41,550 bases of DNA from Candidatus Hydrogenedentota bacterium (GCA_045863295.1 BTWA01000001.1:170687-212236); one strand, 5' to 3'; numbered from the stretch's first letter, positions 1-9,565 are shown. The notes: generated by a model from the sequence alone, not told the origin. Made by a program: numbers and translations.

Positions 1-905
1 TTGACTTCCAGCGTAGGCCTCGCGCCCACACGTTCGATGGGTGAATAGTCCGAATCGCCCCACAGGCGCTCGACGCCCGCCATGGCCTTCCACTCATCGT
101 CGGTCATGGGAAGCCGGTCGAGAGCAGCGCGTTCATCGCCTTCCAGCTTGCGCACGCTGTCGTAAAATCCCGGAAGTGAGACACGCCCTGCCTCGTCGTG
201 CATGCCGGCTATCAACTCGCAGAGGACCTGGGCCGGATTGTGCACCACGCCGCCAAACAGTCCCGAGTGCAAGTCTTTTTGCGCCCCACGTATTTCGAGC
301 TCGAAATAGGCCAGTCCACGCAGACCGTAAATGATGCCCGGCACATCCTTCTTGTGAATGCCCGCGTCGCAATTCAAGACGTAATCGCACTTCAACAGGT
401 CTTTGTGCCGATCAATGAAAGGTCCGAGGTGAACCGATCCGATTTCCTCCTCGCCTTCAATCAGGTACTTGATGTTTACGCCCAGGCCGCCGCTCTTCAC
501 AATCGCATCGACAGCTTGAATCTGCGCAAGAATTTGACCCTTCATGTCGGATGCGCCACGCGCGACAACATACTCGCCGCGAATTGTGGGGTCAAAGGGG
601 TCCGCGTCCCACTCATCAATGGGGTCCACAGGCTGCACATCGTAATGGCCGTAGACCAAAAGCGTGGGTTTGTCCTTTGCATGCAGCCAATCGGCATACA
701 CAATGGGATGCCCATTCGTGGGATATACCGTAACGTTTTCCAGTTTGCATGCCCGCAGCCGATCGCCTACCCATTGAGCCGTCCTGGCAACGTCGCCGGC
801 ATGTTCAGGCAGAGTGGATACGCTGGGAATGCGCAGGAAGGCATTAAACTCTTCCAAGAAATCCTTCTGGTGGCTTTTGGCATAGGCCAACGCGCGATCA
901 GCCAT
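1..905 (-). CDS. M20/M25/M40 family metallopeptidase (dipeptidase/ArgE-DapE-like), truncated at the window edge
   Basis: Not in the ORF track because it has no stop in the window. Manual translation from ATG 905 gives MADRALAYAK...LRIPSVS...LVYGHYDVQPVDP...ARGASDMKGQ...IEGEEEIGS...DLHSGLFGG, which are M20 metal-binding motifs. GGAG RBS upstream. Confidence 0.9.
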   Translation of the reverse strand, partial: MADRALAYAKSHQKDFLEEFNAFLRIPSVSTLPEHAGDVARTAQWVGDRLRACKLENVTVYPTNGHPIVYADWLHAKDKPTLLVYGHYDVQPVDPIDEWDADPFDPTIRGEYVVARGASDMKGQILAQIQAVDAIVKSGGLGVNIKYLIEGEEEIGSVHLGPFIDRHKDLLKCDYVLNCDAGIHKKDVPGIIYGLRGLAYFELEIRGAQKDLHSGLFGGVVHNPAQVLCELIAGMHDEAGRVSLPGFYDSVRKLEGDERAALDRLPMTDDEWKAMAGVERLWGDSDYSPIERVGARPTLEV

Positions 906-948
906 TGAGACAGCTCCTCACAGGGTGAAAACCGGGATAGAAAACGAC

Positions 949-977
949 AGCATACGCCCCGTTGGGGGATCCGTCAA
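949..977 (-). promoter_or_regulatory. sigma70-type promoter for the M20 peptidase
   Basis: Minus strand reads TTGACG-17 nt-TATGCT, 44 nt upstream of ATG 905. Confidence 0.55.
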
Positions 978-1009
978 TCCCCAATATGGACATATAAAAC
1001 GCACCCGGG

Positions 1010-2632
1010 TTACAGCGCTACCAGCGACCGGTCATACTCGTCCGGCTGTTCGTAGCCAAGCAGATTCACCAGTGTCGCAGCCACGTTGCTGAGGCCCGCC
1101 TTTTCGCCCACGTTCATTTTCCACGCATTCTTGCCGCTATAGTCCTTGATAATAAACGGCACCGGATTCAGCGTGTGAGCCACCATCGGTTCGCGCTTGC
1201 CCTTCTTTTCCGTCCACATGAGATCGGCATTGCCGTGGTCGGCGGTCACTACGAGCACGCCCTTTGCAGCCGCAACCACCGGAGCGATGCGGCGCAACGC
1301 CAGATCGACCGCTTCCACCGAGATGCGCACCGCAATCGGCACGCCCGTATGGCCGACCATGTCACCGTTGGGATAGTTGACGCGTATAAACTTGTGTTTG
1401 CCACTTTTCACCGCGGCAATTATGGCGTCGGTAATCTCCGCGGCTTTCATCCACGGACGTTGATCGCACGGTTCCAGATCCGACTTGATCTCCACATACT
1501 TCTCAAGTGTCTCGTCAATGTAACCGGAATTGTTTCCATTCCAGAAATACGTGATGTGTCCGTACTTTTGCGTCTCCGAAATGGCAAAGGTCGTGATTCC
1601 ATTCGCGCACATGTACTGCCCCACGGTACGCTCGATGGCAGGTGGCTCAACCAGATAATTCTTCGGGATTTGTTTGTCCCCGTCGTATTGCATCATGCCG
1701 GCATAGAACACGTCGGGCACACGTTTGCGGTCGAACTTGTCGAAATCCTTCTCCTCGAACGCGCGCGAAATCTCAATGCCGCGATCGCCCCGGAAATTGA
1801 AGAAGATGACCGCATCGCCATCCACAATGGTTCCGGCCGGCGCGCCGTTATCCGTGACGACAAACGCCGGAAGGTACTGGTCGGTGACGGTGGCATCCTC
1901 GGCGTAGCCGGTCTCAATCGCCTCGCGCGCCGATGCGAACGGCCGTGCATCACCCAATACGTGGGCTTTCCACCCCCGCTCAACGATGGTCCAGTCGGCC
2001 TCGTACCGGTCCATGGTCGTGATCATCCGTCCGCCACCGGATGCAATGCGGTAGTCGGCGCCCTGGCCATTCAACTCATTCAGCTTTGACTCCAGGGTGT
2101 CCAGGTATCCAAGCGCCGATCGCTCGCCCACGTCGCGGCCGTCAGTGAGGATGTGCAACCGCACCCTTTTCACGCCCTCCTGCCCACAACGATCGAGCAT
2201 GGCGATTACCTGCGAGATATGGCTGTGCACATTGCCGTCAGACAACAGGCCGATGAAGTGCAACGTGCCTCCGGCCTTCTCCTTGGAAACGGCCTGCTGC
2301 CACGCACTGCCCTCGAAGATTCGGCCCGTGGCAATGGCTTCATTGACGAGCTTCGCGCCCTGGGCAAATACCCGCCCCGCTCCCAACGCATTGTGCCCGA
2401 CTTCGCTGTTCCCCATGTCTTCATCAGAGGGCATCCCAACCGCCGTGCCGTGCGCCTTGAGCTTCGCGTACAGGGGCTCCTTCATCAACTCGTCCAGCAC
2501 CGGCGTATACGCCATGTAGACCCCGTCGGCTTCATCCTGTTTGCCCAACCCCACGCCGTCCATGACGACAAATACAACGGGTCCTTGAAAATCCGTATAA
2601 CCGGCCAATCGCTTCAAAGTGAGGTCTTGCAT
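1010..2632 (-). CDS. gpmI: 2,3-bisphosphoglycerate-independent phosphoglycerate mutase
   Basis: Motifs VMDGVG, MGNSEVGH (catalytic Ser), SDGNVHSH, DGRD, NFRGDR, DMVGHTG, TADHGNA. Confidence 0.97.
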   Translation of the reverse strand: MQDLTLKRLAGYTDFQGPVVFVVMDGVGLGKQDEADGVYMAYTPVLDELMKEPLYAKLKAHGTAVGMPSDEDMGNSEVGHNALGAGRVFAQGAKLVNEAIATGRIFEGSAWQQAVSKEKAGGTLHFIGLLSDGNVHSHISQVIAMLDRCGQEGVKRVRLHILTDGRDVGERSALGYLDTLESKLNELNGQGADYRIASGGGRMITTMDRYEADWTIVERGWKAHVLGDARPFASAREAIETGYAEDATVTDQYLPAFVVTDNGAPAGTIVDGDAVIFFNFRGDRGIEISRAFEEKDFDKFDRKRVPDVFYAGMMQYDGDKQIPKNYLVEPPAIERTVGQYMCANGITTFAISETQKYGHITYFWNGNNSGYIDETLEKYVEIKSDLEPCDQRPWMKAAEITDAIIAAVKSGKHKFIRVNYPNGDMVGHTGVPIAVRISVEAVDLALRRIAPVVAAAKGVLVVTADHGNADLMWTEKKGKREPMVAHTLNPVPFIIKDYSGKNAWKMNVGEKAGLSNVAATLVNLLGYEQPDEYDRSLVAL

Positions 2633-2899
2633 GGGTAATCAAACCTTTCCGTACCTTGGGAATCGGTGAATTCTCTGCGCGAGGGGGTGTGCGCACACAC
2701 GAAGAAAGTGTAACGCGATACCGCGGGATCGATCAATGAATCGAATTCAAGTCACTCCTCAAATGAGGTTTGGCCGCGGGCTTGTACCCTAAATACAGGC
2801 GCATAGTCCCAGAGTCAACGCCGATTGTAGGTTGCATGCAATTCATGGAAAGACTTGGCATATATGCAGTTACACTGCTCGGATTCGCTGCGGTTCAGG

Positions 2900-2916
2900 C
2901 TGGCACATACCTTGCT
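2900..2916 (+). promoter_or_regulatory. sigma54 (-24/-12) promoter upstream of the Hsp20 gene
   Basis: CTGGCAC-ATACC-TTGCT is an exact match to the TGGCAC-N5-TTGC consensus, about 63 nt before the proposed GTG start. Confidence 0.7.
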
Positions 2917-2978
2917 CATTACCGGCATGAGTGTGCCCTGTATCCGACAATCGATCCTGGCATTGGAGGCGCCCATCC

Positions 2979-3737
2979 GTGAGCGGCTTTGATGACAAAT
3001 CAGTTTCGAATGGCGACGGCGGCTTGACCTCGCATGAGCCGGTCAGGGACTGTTCGCACCGTCCCAACGTTCTGATGGTGAGCGCCGTCTTCTTGTTGGT
3101 TGCCGTAGTGGTTCTTCAAACGGCGTACATTTGGCGATTGGAGGAAACTCTCGACGGACAACGGGACATTAACTACGTGGAATCGCTGCAGGGTTCCGGC
3201 CGGAACGTTAACCGCGATGCTACTGCGCCCGTTGATCCTTCGGCGGCGCAAAGTCCCATGCAACGGCACGCACACATGGTGTCGCAATCTGGCGAACACG
3301 AGGCAGCGGCAACGCCCGTCGATCCCCATTGCCAGGACATCCTGGATCGCCAGGAACAGTTGAATCGATTGTTTGCGCGCGCCGTGGAACAGATGCGCGG
3401 CAGCGGCGGTTTCATTGGCTACCGCACCAGCGGATCCGTGAACGTGCGATGCTCGATGAGTGAATTTCCAGACCGTTACGTCGTCCAGATGATTATCCCG
3501 GGCGCCGAACAAGCCGCCATCTCGGTCTTCATCGAGGGCGGTGTGTTGAAAGTTTCAGGTACGCATAACGGCGTGGTCAAGCGAAACGAAGGCGGCCAGA
3601 CCTATCAACAGAGAATGTCGGGCCGGTTTCTTCAGACCGTGCCATTGCCCGGTCCGGTTTACGCGGACAAAACTACGTTGGATGTTAGCGACAATTTGTT
3701 GACCTTGGAGATACCCAAACAGACCTCGACCCCATAA
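2979..3737 (+). CDS. Hsp20/alpha-crystallin family protein with an N-terminal transmembrane helix
   Basis: C-terminal alpha-crystallin pattern (YVVQMIIPG...ISVFIEGGVLKVSG...GRFLQTVPLPGPV...LLTLEIPK). Hydrophobic VLMVSAVFLLVAVVVLQ segment. GGAGG at 2965-2969 supports GTG 2979 (the ORF track starts at 2931). Confidence 0.8.
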   Translation: MSGFDDKSVSNGDGGLTSHEPVRDCSHRPNVLMVSAVFLLVAVVVLQTAYIWRLEETLDGQRDINYVESLQGSGRNVNRDATAPVDPSAAQSPMQRHAHMVSQSGEHEAAATPVDPHCQDILDRQEQLNRLFARAVEQMRGSGGFIGYRTSGSVNVRCSMSEFPDRYVVQMIIPGAEQAAISVFIEGGVLKVSGTHNGVVKRNEGGQTYQQRMSGRFLQTVPLPGPVYADKTTLDVSDNLLTLEIPKQTSTP

Positions 3738-3794
3738 AGAAGGGCGTACACCCCACGACCCCATCCCTACCCGTATAGCCCTTCTGACCCTACA

Positions 3795-3833
3795 GGGCGG
3801 CAGGTTTCTCTCCTCCCAGAAAACCTGCCGCCC
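3795..3833. terminator. GC-rich hairpin between convergent genes, probable intrinsic terminator
   Basis: 13-bp stem GGGCGGCAGGTTT/AAACCTGCCGCCC, followed shortly by a T run on the + strand. Confidence 0.55.
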
Positions 3834-3842
3834 CTCCCGTTT

Positions 3843-4433
3843 TTATCCACCTGGGAGAGCGGACGGATCCGGGCGCGGCGTCACGCGCGCGGCGTGCGTG
3901 AATGCATCGATGATCGCCAACTTCGCCTTGTGGCCCGGCTTCTCTCCCGTGGAGGCGTCCAGCACGCGCACATCGATCCGGCCCGGCCGCCGCTCGTAGT
4001 AATAAACCCAATACGGATAATAGAAAAGCTCGGTGTCCAGCATGTCGCCCATCGTGGGCTTGTTCCGCTGGCCGCGCGCCAGAATTACATATTTCTGCAT
4101 CCCCTTGCGCGCAAGAACAGCCGCCTCGTCCGGCGAGAGTTTGGGAGTGAATTGCTCGGCTTCGGCGGGGAGCGTCGTCGTGTCTCCGTCGCCATGGTAC
4201 ACGGTGAACGCCCCCGAATAGGCATTGACGCCCACATTGATCCGGCTGGGTTTTCCATGCAATTCGGCGTGAAATCCAATAAGGTAGTGGGGCAACCAGA
4301 CAAGTTCGATCCGGGGGATGGTGCGGCCTTTCAACCTCGGCGCGAAGCCGGCGTGGCGACGGATGAGATCGAACCAGCCCCGCAACTTGCGCCGGGCAAC
4401 GGACTCGGGGACCTTGGGGCGGATGGCCCGCAC
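3843..4433 (-). CDS. Hypothetical protein with an internal duplication (EL-x2-3-P-x-aromatic ... [ND]A-x-[ST]G twice)
   Basis: Part of ORF 3843..4523. GTG 4433 lies just after the upstream stop at 4444. Protein-like composition; last gene of the SSS operon. Confidence 0.7.
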   Translation of the reverse strand: MRAIRPKVPESVARRKLRGWFDLIRRHAGFAPRLKGRTIPRIELVWLPHYLIGFHAELHGKPSRINVGVNAYSGAFTVYHGDGDTTTLPAEAEQFTPKLSPDEAAVLARKGMQKYVILARGQRNKPTMGDMLDTELFYYPYWVYYYERRPGRIDVRVLDASTGEKPGHKAKLAIIDAFTHAARVTPRPDPSALPGG

Positions 4434-4443
4434 TGGGCCAGGC

Positions 4444-4674
4444 CTACAAGCGCTTCTTGATGTAGACGCCCCTGATGATAAAGCCCAACGCGGTGGCAAG
4501 GAGGACCACTCCCGAGAGAGCATTTACGACTTTTCCATCCGTCGTGGTTGTCCAGTATGTGCCGATTAGCACCGTCACGGCGAGCGCTACCATGAACAAT
4601 CCCAACGCGATAAATGTCTCGGAATCGCGTTTCGTATGTGCCTTCTTTGCATCGTGTTCCGCCACCGTCATCAC
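4444..4674 (-). CDS. Small two-TM membrane protein
   Basis: 76 aa with two hydrophobic helices and a basic C-terminus. GAGG RBS. Co-oriented with the SSS symporter. Confidence 0.75.
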   Translation of the reverse strand: MMTVAEHDAKKAHTKRDSETFIALGLFMVALAVTVLIGTYWTTTTDGKVVNALSGVVLLATALGFIIRGVYIKKRL

Positions 4675-4714
4675 CTCGTAACCGGCCCGCCGGTCTTACC
4701 ACAAAATCACCGCG

Positions 4715-4999
4715 TCAGAAATAGAGATAGACCACCAGATGCGGCAACATGGAAACGACAGTCCATAAACGCAAATCGTACAACCACCCCTTGTGCGGCG
4801 CATCCAGATTCACGTATTTCTCGTTGAGTGTATACACCCAGATCATGGTGCCGATAAACATGCCCAGCGCGCATATCAGCGCCCACGGCATGTAGATGTT
4901 GTTCAATACCGCGTGGATCGGATTGATCACCGCGTGCAACGGCGGCCCAAATACCGCATTGATTCCTTTGTTGATCGATTCGTTCAGCGATTCAAACAC
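4715..4999 (-). CDS. Small two-TM membrane protein
   Basis: 94 aa with two hydrophobic segments. AGGAG RBS overlaps the SSS stop codon. Confidence 0.75.
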   Translation of the reverse strand: MFESLNESINKGINAVFGPPLHAVINPIHAVLNNIYMPWALICALGMFIGTMIWVYTLNEKYVNLDAPHKGWLYDLRLWTVVSMLPHLVVYLYF

Positions 5000-5011
5000 G
5001 GCCGGTTTCTC

Positions 5012-6895
5012 CTACTGCACGCGTTCGCCCAGCACCCGCTGGACTTCGCCGTCTTTCATGACCTGGCCAAACACAAGGCCGCGAATCTTCTCGTCCGGTT
5101 CGGGTTTGGTCAACAAACTGACCACCACCGTAACCGCACAGGAGAAAAGGAACGACCAGATCGCAATGTAGAGATACGGGTCTTCGGACGGAAACAAGTT
5201 GTCCACCCGGAAGATTATAAAATTGAAAATCACGCCACAGACCAGCCCGGCGAGCCCGCCCCATTGATTGGCGCGCTTCCACACAATGCCTAGCAGCAGT
5301 ATGGCAAAGATCGGACCCTGGAAGTAAGTCATCAAGCTTTGCATCATGTTGTAGATGCCCTGCGCGCCCTTGAATATGGGTTCCGCGAGCAACGCCGCAA
5401 ACACGATGAAGGCGATGGTGAAACCACGGCCAACCCACAGCAACTCTTTTACGTCGGCCTCGCCGCCGCGCGTAAGCATGGCACGGAACCGCGCATACAA
5501 GTCCGTGGTCCAGATCGCGGCCGCGGAACTCAACGTGGAGTCCACGCTGGACATCAGCGCGGCCAGAAGTGCCGCGAACATCAGACCGCGCAAACCCGGA
5601 GGCAACATGATCGAAATCATCGTCGGCACGGCGCGGTCCCCGTTTATCAGGGCGGGCGCATGCACAAGCGCAAGCAGCCCGGGAATCGCCACCAGCAGCG
5701 GAATGAAAGACTTCAAGAAACCCGCGAACAACATGCCGCCCTTGGCGTCCCATTCCGAACGCGCACCAAAACAACGTTGCACGATGACCTGATTGCCGCT
5801 CATGTAGGCCATCGCCATGACAATTCCCAAACCAAACACGATGCCCGACCAAGGAAACGCGGTCGGTGTGTCGTTCGGCAACAGAATATCGAAATGCGCC
5901 TTGAAATCCCGCAGCTTCACTTCGACCGATGTGCCTTCGGGGTACGCCGCCGTGATCGCTTCGGATACTTTTTCCTTCGTGTTGCGCGCGTAGTCCGCTT
6001 CCGTGATCTGCCCCGTCTTGTCAGCGGCATCAAGTTCCAGCAGTTTTGAGATGCCTACGCTGTACGCGGTTTGCGTTTCGCTCAAGCGGCCATGGGCGGG
6101 TTCGATGCCGAGAACATCCAGCCCGATACCCTTCAACGTCGCCTCGATCGTATTTTCCGCCGTTGCCACAGACGGATCATTCGTGCCCGGCACGTCGACC
6201 ACGATAATGAGTTCGGGAGGCTTATTCACGATGGTCTGCCGGGCTTCTGTCCAGCCGTCCGCGCGCCACAACGCCAGGACCAGCAACGCGGCACCGCCCA
6301 CAAACATAACTACCATCTGCACGACGTCCGTCATGACTACGGCCGTCAAACCACCGGAAAGCGTGTACACGCCCGCCACAAACGCAATAATCCAAATGGA
6401 CAACTGCACGTTCCAGCCCAGGATCGTGTGCATGAACTGGTCGGCCGTCATATACAACATCATGGCCAGCGTAATGACGAGAAAGATGCCCCAGATCGTG
6501 GCGTGGAGCAGTTGCACCGCGCCGTTGTAACGGCGGCCCAGGAATTCCGGAACGGTATATACCCCCGAACGCCAATAATAGGGGATGAAGATAAAGGCCG
6601 CGAACACCATGGCCGGCATCGACCCCATCCAGTCGAAGTTAGCCACGGCGATCCCGCTTTCATAAGCGGCGCCCGCCACGCCAATGAAGTCCGTGGCGCC
6701 GATGTCCGATACCACGACGGACATGCCGATTGCCCAGAAGGGAAGTGTGCGCCCCGCCACAAAGTAGTCGCCGGCATCCTTCACGAACTTGCCGAAATAG
6801 CTACCGAGGAAAAAGACGCCGATCATGTAGACGAGGATGACCGCCGTATCAATCCCCGCGAGTCCGCCGCCGGCCGCTTGCTGTAGAGTTTCCAT
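5012..6895 (-). CDS. Sodium:solute symporter (SSS/SLC5, SGLT-like) with an inserted soluble domain
   Basis: Motifs DYFVAGR, YTVPEFLGRRY, YTLSGGLTAVVMTD, NQVIVQRCFGA, AALMSSVDS. About 13-14 TM helices. Start set to ATG 6895. Confidence 0.93.
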   Translation of the reverse strand: METLQQAAGGGLAGIDTAVILVYMIGVFFLGSYFGKFVKDAGDYFVAGRTLPFWAIGMSVVVSDIGATDFIGVAGAAYESGIAVANFDWMGSMPAMVFAAFIFIPYYWRSGVYTVPEFLGRRYNGAVQLLHATIWGIFLVITLAMMLYMTADQFMHTILGWNVQLSIWIIAFVAGVYTLSGGLTAVVMTDVVQMVVMFVGGAALLVLALWRADGWTEARQTIVNKPPELIIVVDVPGTNDPSVATAENTIEATLKGIGLDVLGIEPAHGRLSETQTAYSVGISKLLELDAADKTGQITEADYARNTKEKVSEAITAAYPEGTSVEVKLRDFKAHFDILLPNDTPTAFPWSGIVFGLGIVMAMAYMSGNQVIVQRCFGARSEWDAKGGMLFAGFLKSFIPLLVAIPGLLALVHAPALINGDRAVPTMISIMLPPGLRGLMFAALLAALMSSVDSTLSSAAAIWTTDLYARFRAMLTRGGEADVKELLWVGRGFTIAFIVFAALLAEPIFKGAQGIYNMMQSLMTYFQGPIFAILLLGIVWKRANQWGGLAGLVCGVIFNFIIFRVDNLFPSEDPYLYIAIWSFLFSCAVTVVVSLLTKPEPDEKIRGLVFGQVMKDGEVQRVLGERVQ

Positions 6896-7049
6896 GACAC
6901 CCCTGTCGTTTGGCACTGCAAGGAGGTTTCGCCTGGACCCTGCGCCCCATGCGCCCGGGCGATAGTCCTGCCCCACGATCCCCAAGTTAGCGGAAAGTTA
7001 GGCGGCAGTATGCCAAATTAGATCGAGGCGGTCAACGGAAATACCCGGA

Positions 7050-9443
7050 TTAGTCCGCCACGGCCTCCGCAATGATCTGGTCGTACGCCGCCCGAGCCAC
7101 GTCGTAGGCCGCCTTGGCGGCGTCACGATCCGCTTCGCGAATCTGGCCCACTTTCATGTCCCAGCACCGGTCGACCGCTTTGCGGCACCATTCCGCGCTG
7201 CGCTTGGAAGCGCGAATCGGCTTGTCGCCAACGTTCACAAAGATCGGATTGGTGTGGCTGCTGGGAAGAATCCGCAAGGCCACCCAACTGCTGTAGGGCA
7301 CTTCATAGTCAAAGGCGATATCCTGAACGGATCCGTCGGCCTCGATTTCTTTCATGGCAACCGGGTACCCGTTTACGATTAATTCGACCGGTACCCTACG
7401 GGTCTCGCCCACGCGCGCCTTCTCAAGATGCCAATAGGGTGACGCGTTCAATTCTTTGTTGACCGGCAATAAGGATGGATCGCCGACGGGCGGCAGATGC
7501 GCCGCAACCTTCGCGCTCACGGCCACCTTTCCTGCCGAAGCCAGCCTCACGGTGCTGTCGCCGGTTCCCATGGTCACGTCGTTCACTTTGAAATCGAGGA
7601 TGTGCGATCGGCCGTCGGAGACGTAATTGGCGCCCAATTTGATGAGGTCGCAGAACGCGTCAAAGTTGAGTTCGCCTTTCACCGGCGCGTAGCTGCGCGC
7701 AAGGCCCACCTTTTCGTCATAGATGCAGGGGAAATCTGTCTCGCCGCTGATTCGGGAGGTGAAACCGCAATTCAAGGTGTGATACCAGATGTTCAATTCC
7801 CACTGCGGGGGCGTGTCGCCGGCGGAAATGAAATCGCACGCCCCGTGCACCGTCGTCACGATGTATTCATTTGCGCCAATACCATCGAATTTGGCCATGA
7901 CGTAGTTCGGCAGGTCGGGCGTTTTTTCCATCGGTTCAAGCCCCCAACCGGAGTGGGAATAGCCCACAACGCCGCCTTGATCCTGTCCCCACTTCAACAC
8001 CGGCAACGTCCAGCTCGGCCACTCTTCAATCAACGTCGTGCCGGGGTAATCGTCTTCCTTTAATCGCAGCAGACACAAGTGCCCGGCATGACTGGAAGGA
8101 AACCCGGAGACCTCCACGTCGTAACGCATAAGATATTCGGGCTGCGAGAGTGGGTGCACGCCGCCTTCAAAGAACTGCTTTTGGAAATACCAGCACGGAC
8201 CCCACGTAAGAACGCACGCGATGTTCAAGTCTTCCCCGAGAGACTGGCGCATCATCGCCTCGGGAGTTACGCCCGCCTCCGGGCTCTCGTAGTGAGAACA
8301 CCCGCCGCCATGCACGTGGTGATCGGCGCTGTAATAGCCCATCTCCGCAAGGTGGATCCATCGCTTCAATTCAAACGATATCTCCGTCTCCTCGATGTCG
8401 TCGGGAATGGTCACCGTCTTGAGCTGCGGCAAGTACTCCGGACCGCGCGTATAGACAATATCGAAGGTTCCCGGCGGCAGCGTGACCGTCTCGCCGTCGG
8501 CCCGATAGATCTGCGGCTGGAAAAAGAAGTCCGGGTAGGGGTCGGTCGCGGCCATGCGTCGCGAAGGCAGCGGATACAGACTCACGAGCGGCTTGCCCAT
8601 GGTTTCGATCGCGCCGGTGGGCACGCTCATCGCCGCGCGCACGCGATAATCTTCCGGCTTGTCCGGAAACCGTTGCACGTTGTCCGAGATGATAAAGGAA
8701 GCCATGGCGGGCGCCCCGTCCACATCCTTGATGCGCAAGGTGACGTCCACGGCAGGCCGGCAATGGAAGAGAATGCTGACCTCGTTGCGAAACCCGATGT
8801 CCTGCGTGCCCTGTCCCGCATTGAATCCGAGCGTGGCTTCCCGCTGCCCCTTGTCCGATGTATAGACCTCGAAAATGGCATATTCCACGGGCAGGCCGGA
8901 AAGCTCCGGAACCATCGGCCGCCGCTGATACAGACTCAGTTCGAGAAACCGGTTGGCGACTTCTCCAGGGGTCAACGCATTTTCCGGTTTGGGATTGGGG
9001 GCGCCGGTTGATCGGTGCAACCGGGGCAGGGCGTTCGGACTTTCAGGCTGCAGTACGGCGCGCGTGCCCGCTTCGTTGTGCACCTTCACCAGAAATGCCG
9101 ACCAGCCGCCTTGAATCAGATTCGCTTCGGAAGGCCCGCGATGCACCTTGACGCGCATCTCCGGATTGATATGCACCAACAAGAGGCAATACGGGTCAAG
9201 AATATCCTGTATGGCTTTCGAGGTCGCTTCGCCGGGCGCTTCCCCGGCGAGCGCCTTCAGTTTTGTCTCATCCTCCGCGCGCAGCGAACTGCCGATGAAC
9301 GACAGCGCCTCGGCTACCCGAAGGGCATGTGCCGTCAGTGGCTGCGCCTCGACCCGATCCACCTGATAGAATTCCGATTGCGCGAACGCACAGGCCGAAA
9401 GCAGTAAGCCTATGGCCGCCGCGAAAGAAACAGCCCGCCCCAT
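7050..9443 (-). CDS. Secreted CehA/McbA-like metallohydrolase (PHP-like)
   Basis: Signal peptide ending AFA. Motifs SADHHVH, EVSGFPSSHAGH, YSHSGWG, WYHTLNCG, SGETDFPC, HTNPIFV. GGAGG before ATG 9443. Confidence 0.75.
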   Translation of the reverse strand: MGRAVSFAAAIGLLLSACAFAQSEFYQVDRVEAQPLTAHALRVAEALSFIGSSLRAEDETKLKALAGEAPGEATSKAIQDILDPYCLLLVHINPEMRVKVHRGPSEANLIQGGWSAFLVKVHNEAGTRAVLQPESPNALPRLHRSTGAPNPKPENALTPGEVANRFLELSLYQRRPMVPELSGLPVEYAIFEVYTSDKGQREATLGFNAGQGTQDIGFRNEVSILFHCRPAVDVTLRIKDVDGAPAMASFIISDNVQRFPDKPEDYRVRAAMSVPTGAIETMGKPLVSLYPLPSRRMAATDPYPDFFFQPQIYRADGETVTLPPGTFDIVYTRGPEYLPQLKTVTIPDDIEETEISFELKRWIHLAEMGYYSADHHVHGGGCSHYESPEAGVTPEAMMRQSLGEDLNIACVLTWGPCWYFQKQFFEGGVHPLSQPEYLMRYDVEVSGFPSSHAGHLCLLRLKEDDYPGTTLIEEWPSWTLPVLKWGQDQGGVVGYSHSGWGLEPMEKTPDLPNYVMAKFDGIGANEYIVTTVHGACDFISAGDTPPQWELNIWYHTLNCGFTSRISGETDFPCIYDEKVGLARSYAPVKGELNFDAFCDLIKLGANYVSDGRSHILDFKVNDVTMGTGDSTVRLASAGKVAVSAKVAAHLPPVGDPSLLPVNKELNASPYWHLEKARVGETRRVPVELIVNGYPVAMKEIEADGSVQDIAFDYEVPYSSWVALRILPSSHTNPIFVNVGDKPIRASKRSAEWCRKAVDRCWDMKVGQIREADRDAAKAAYDVARAAYDQIIAEAVAD

Positions 9444-9565
9444 GATCCCGCCCTCCACATGACCATTGAACCCGCACCTTGCAGTACCCTGCAGCATAAC
9501 GGGGAAATGACAAGGAGGCAAGCGTGCTCTCCGGCCAGAGGGGTCTCAGAAGATCCGTGTGGCTA

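Noticed and set aside
198..908. 236 aa plus-strand ORF
   Set aside because: Antisense shadow of the minus-strand M20 peptidase, which has clear catalytic motifs.
6984..7016. sigma54 promoter upstream of the SSS gene (TGGCAT on the minus strand)
   Set aside because: The GG-to-GC spacing is 9 nt, not the required 10.
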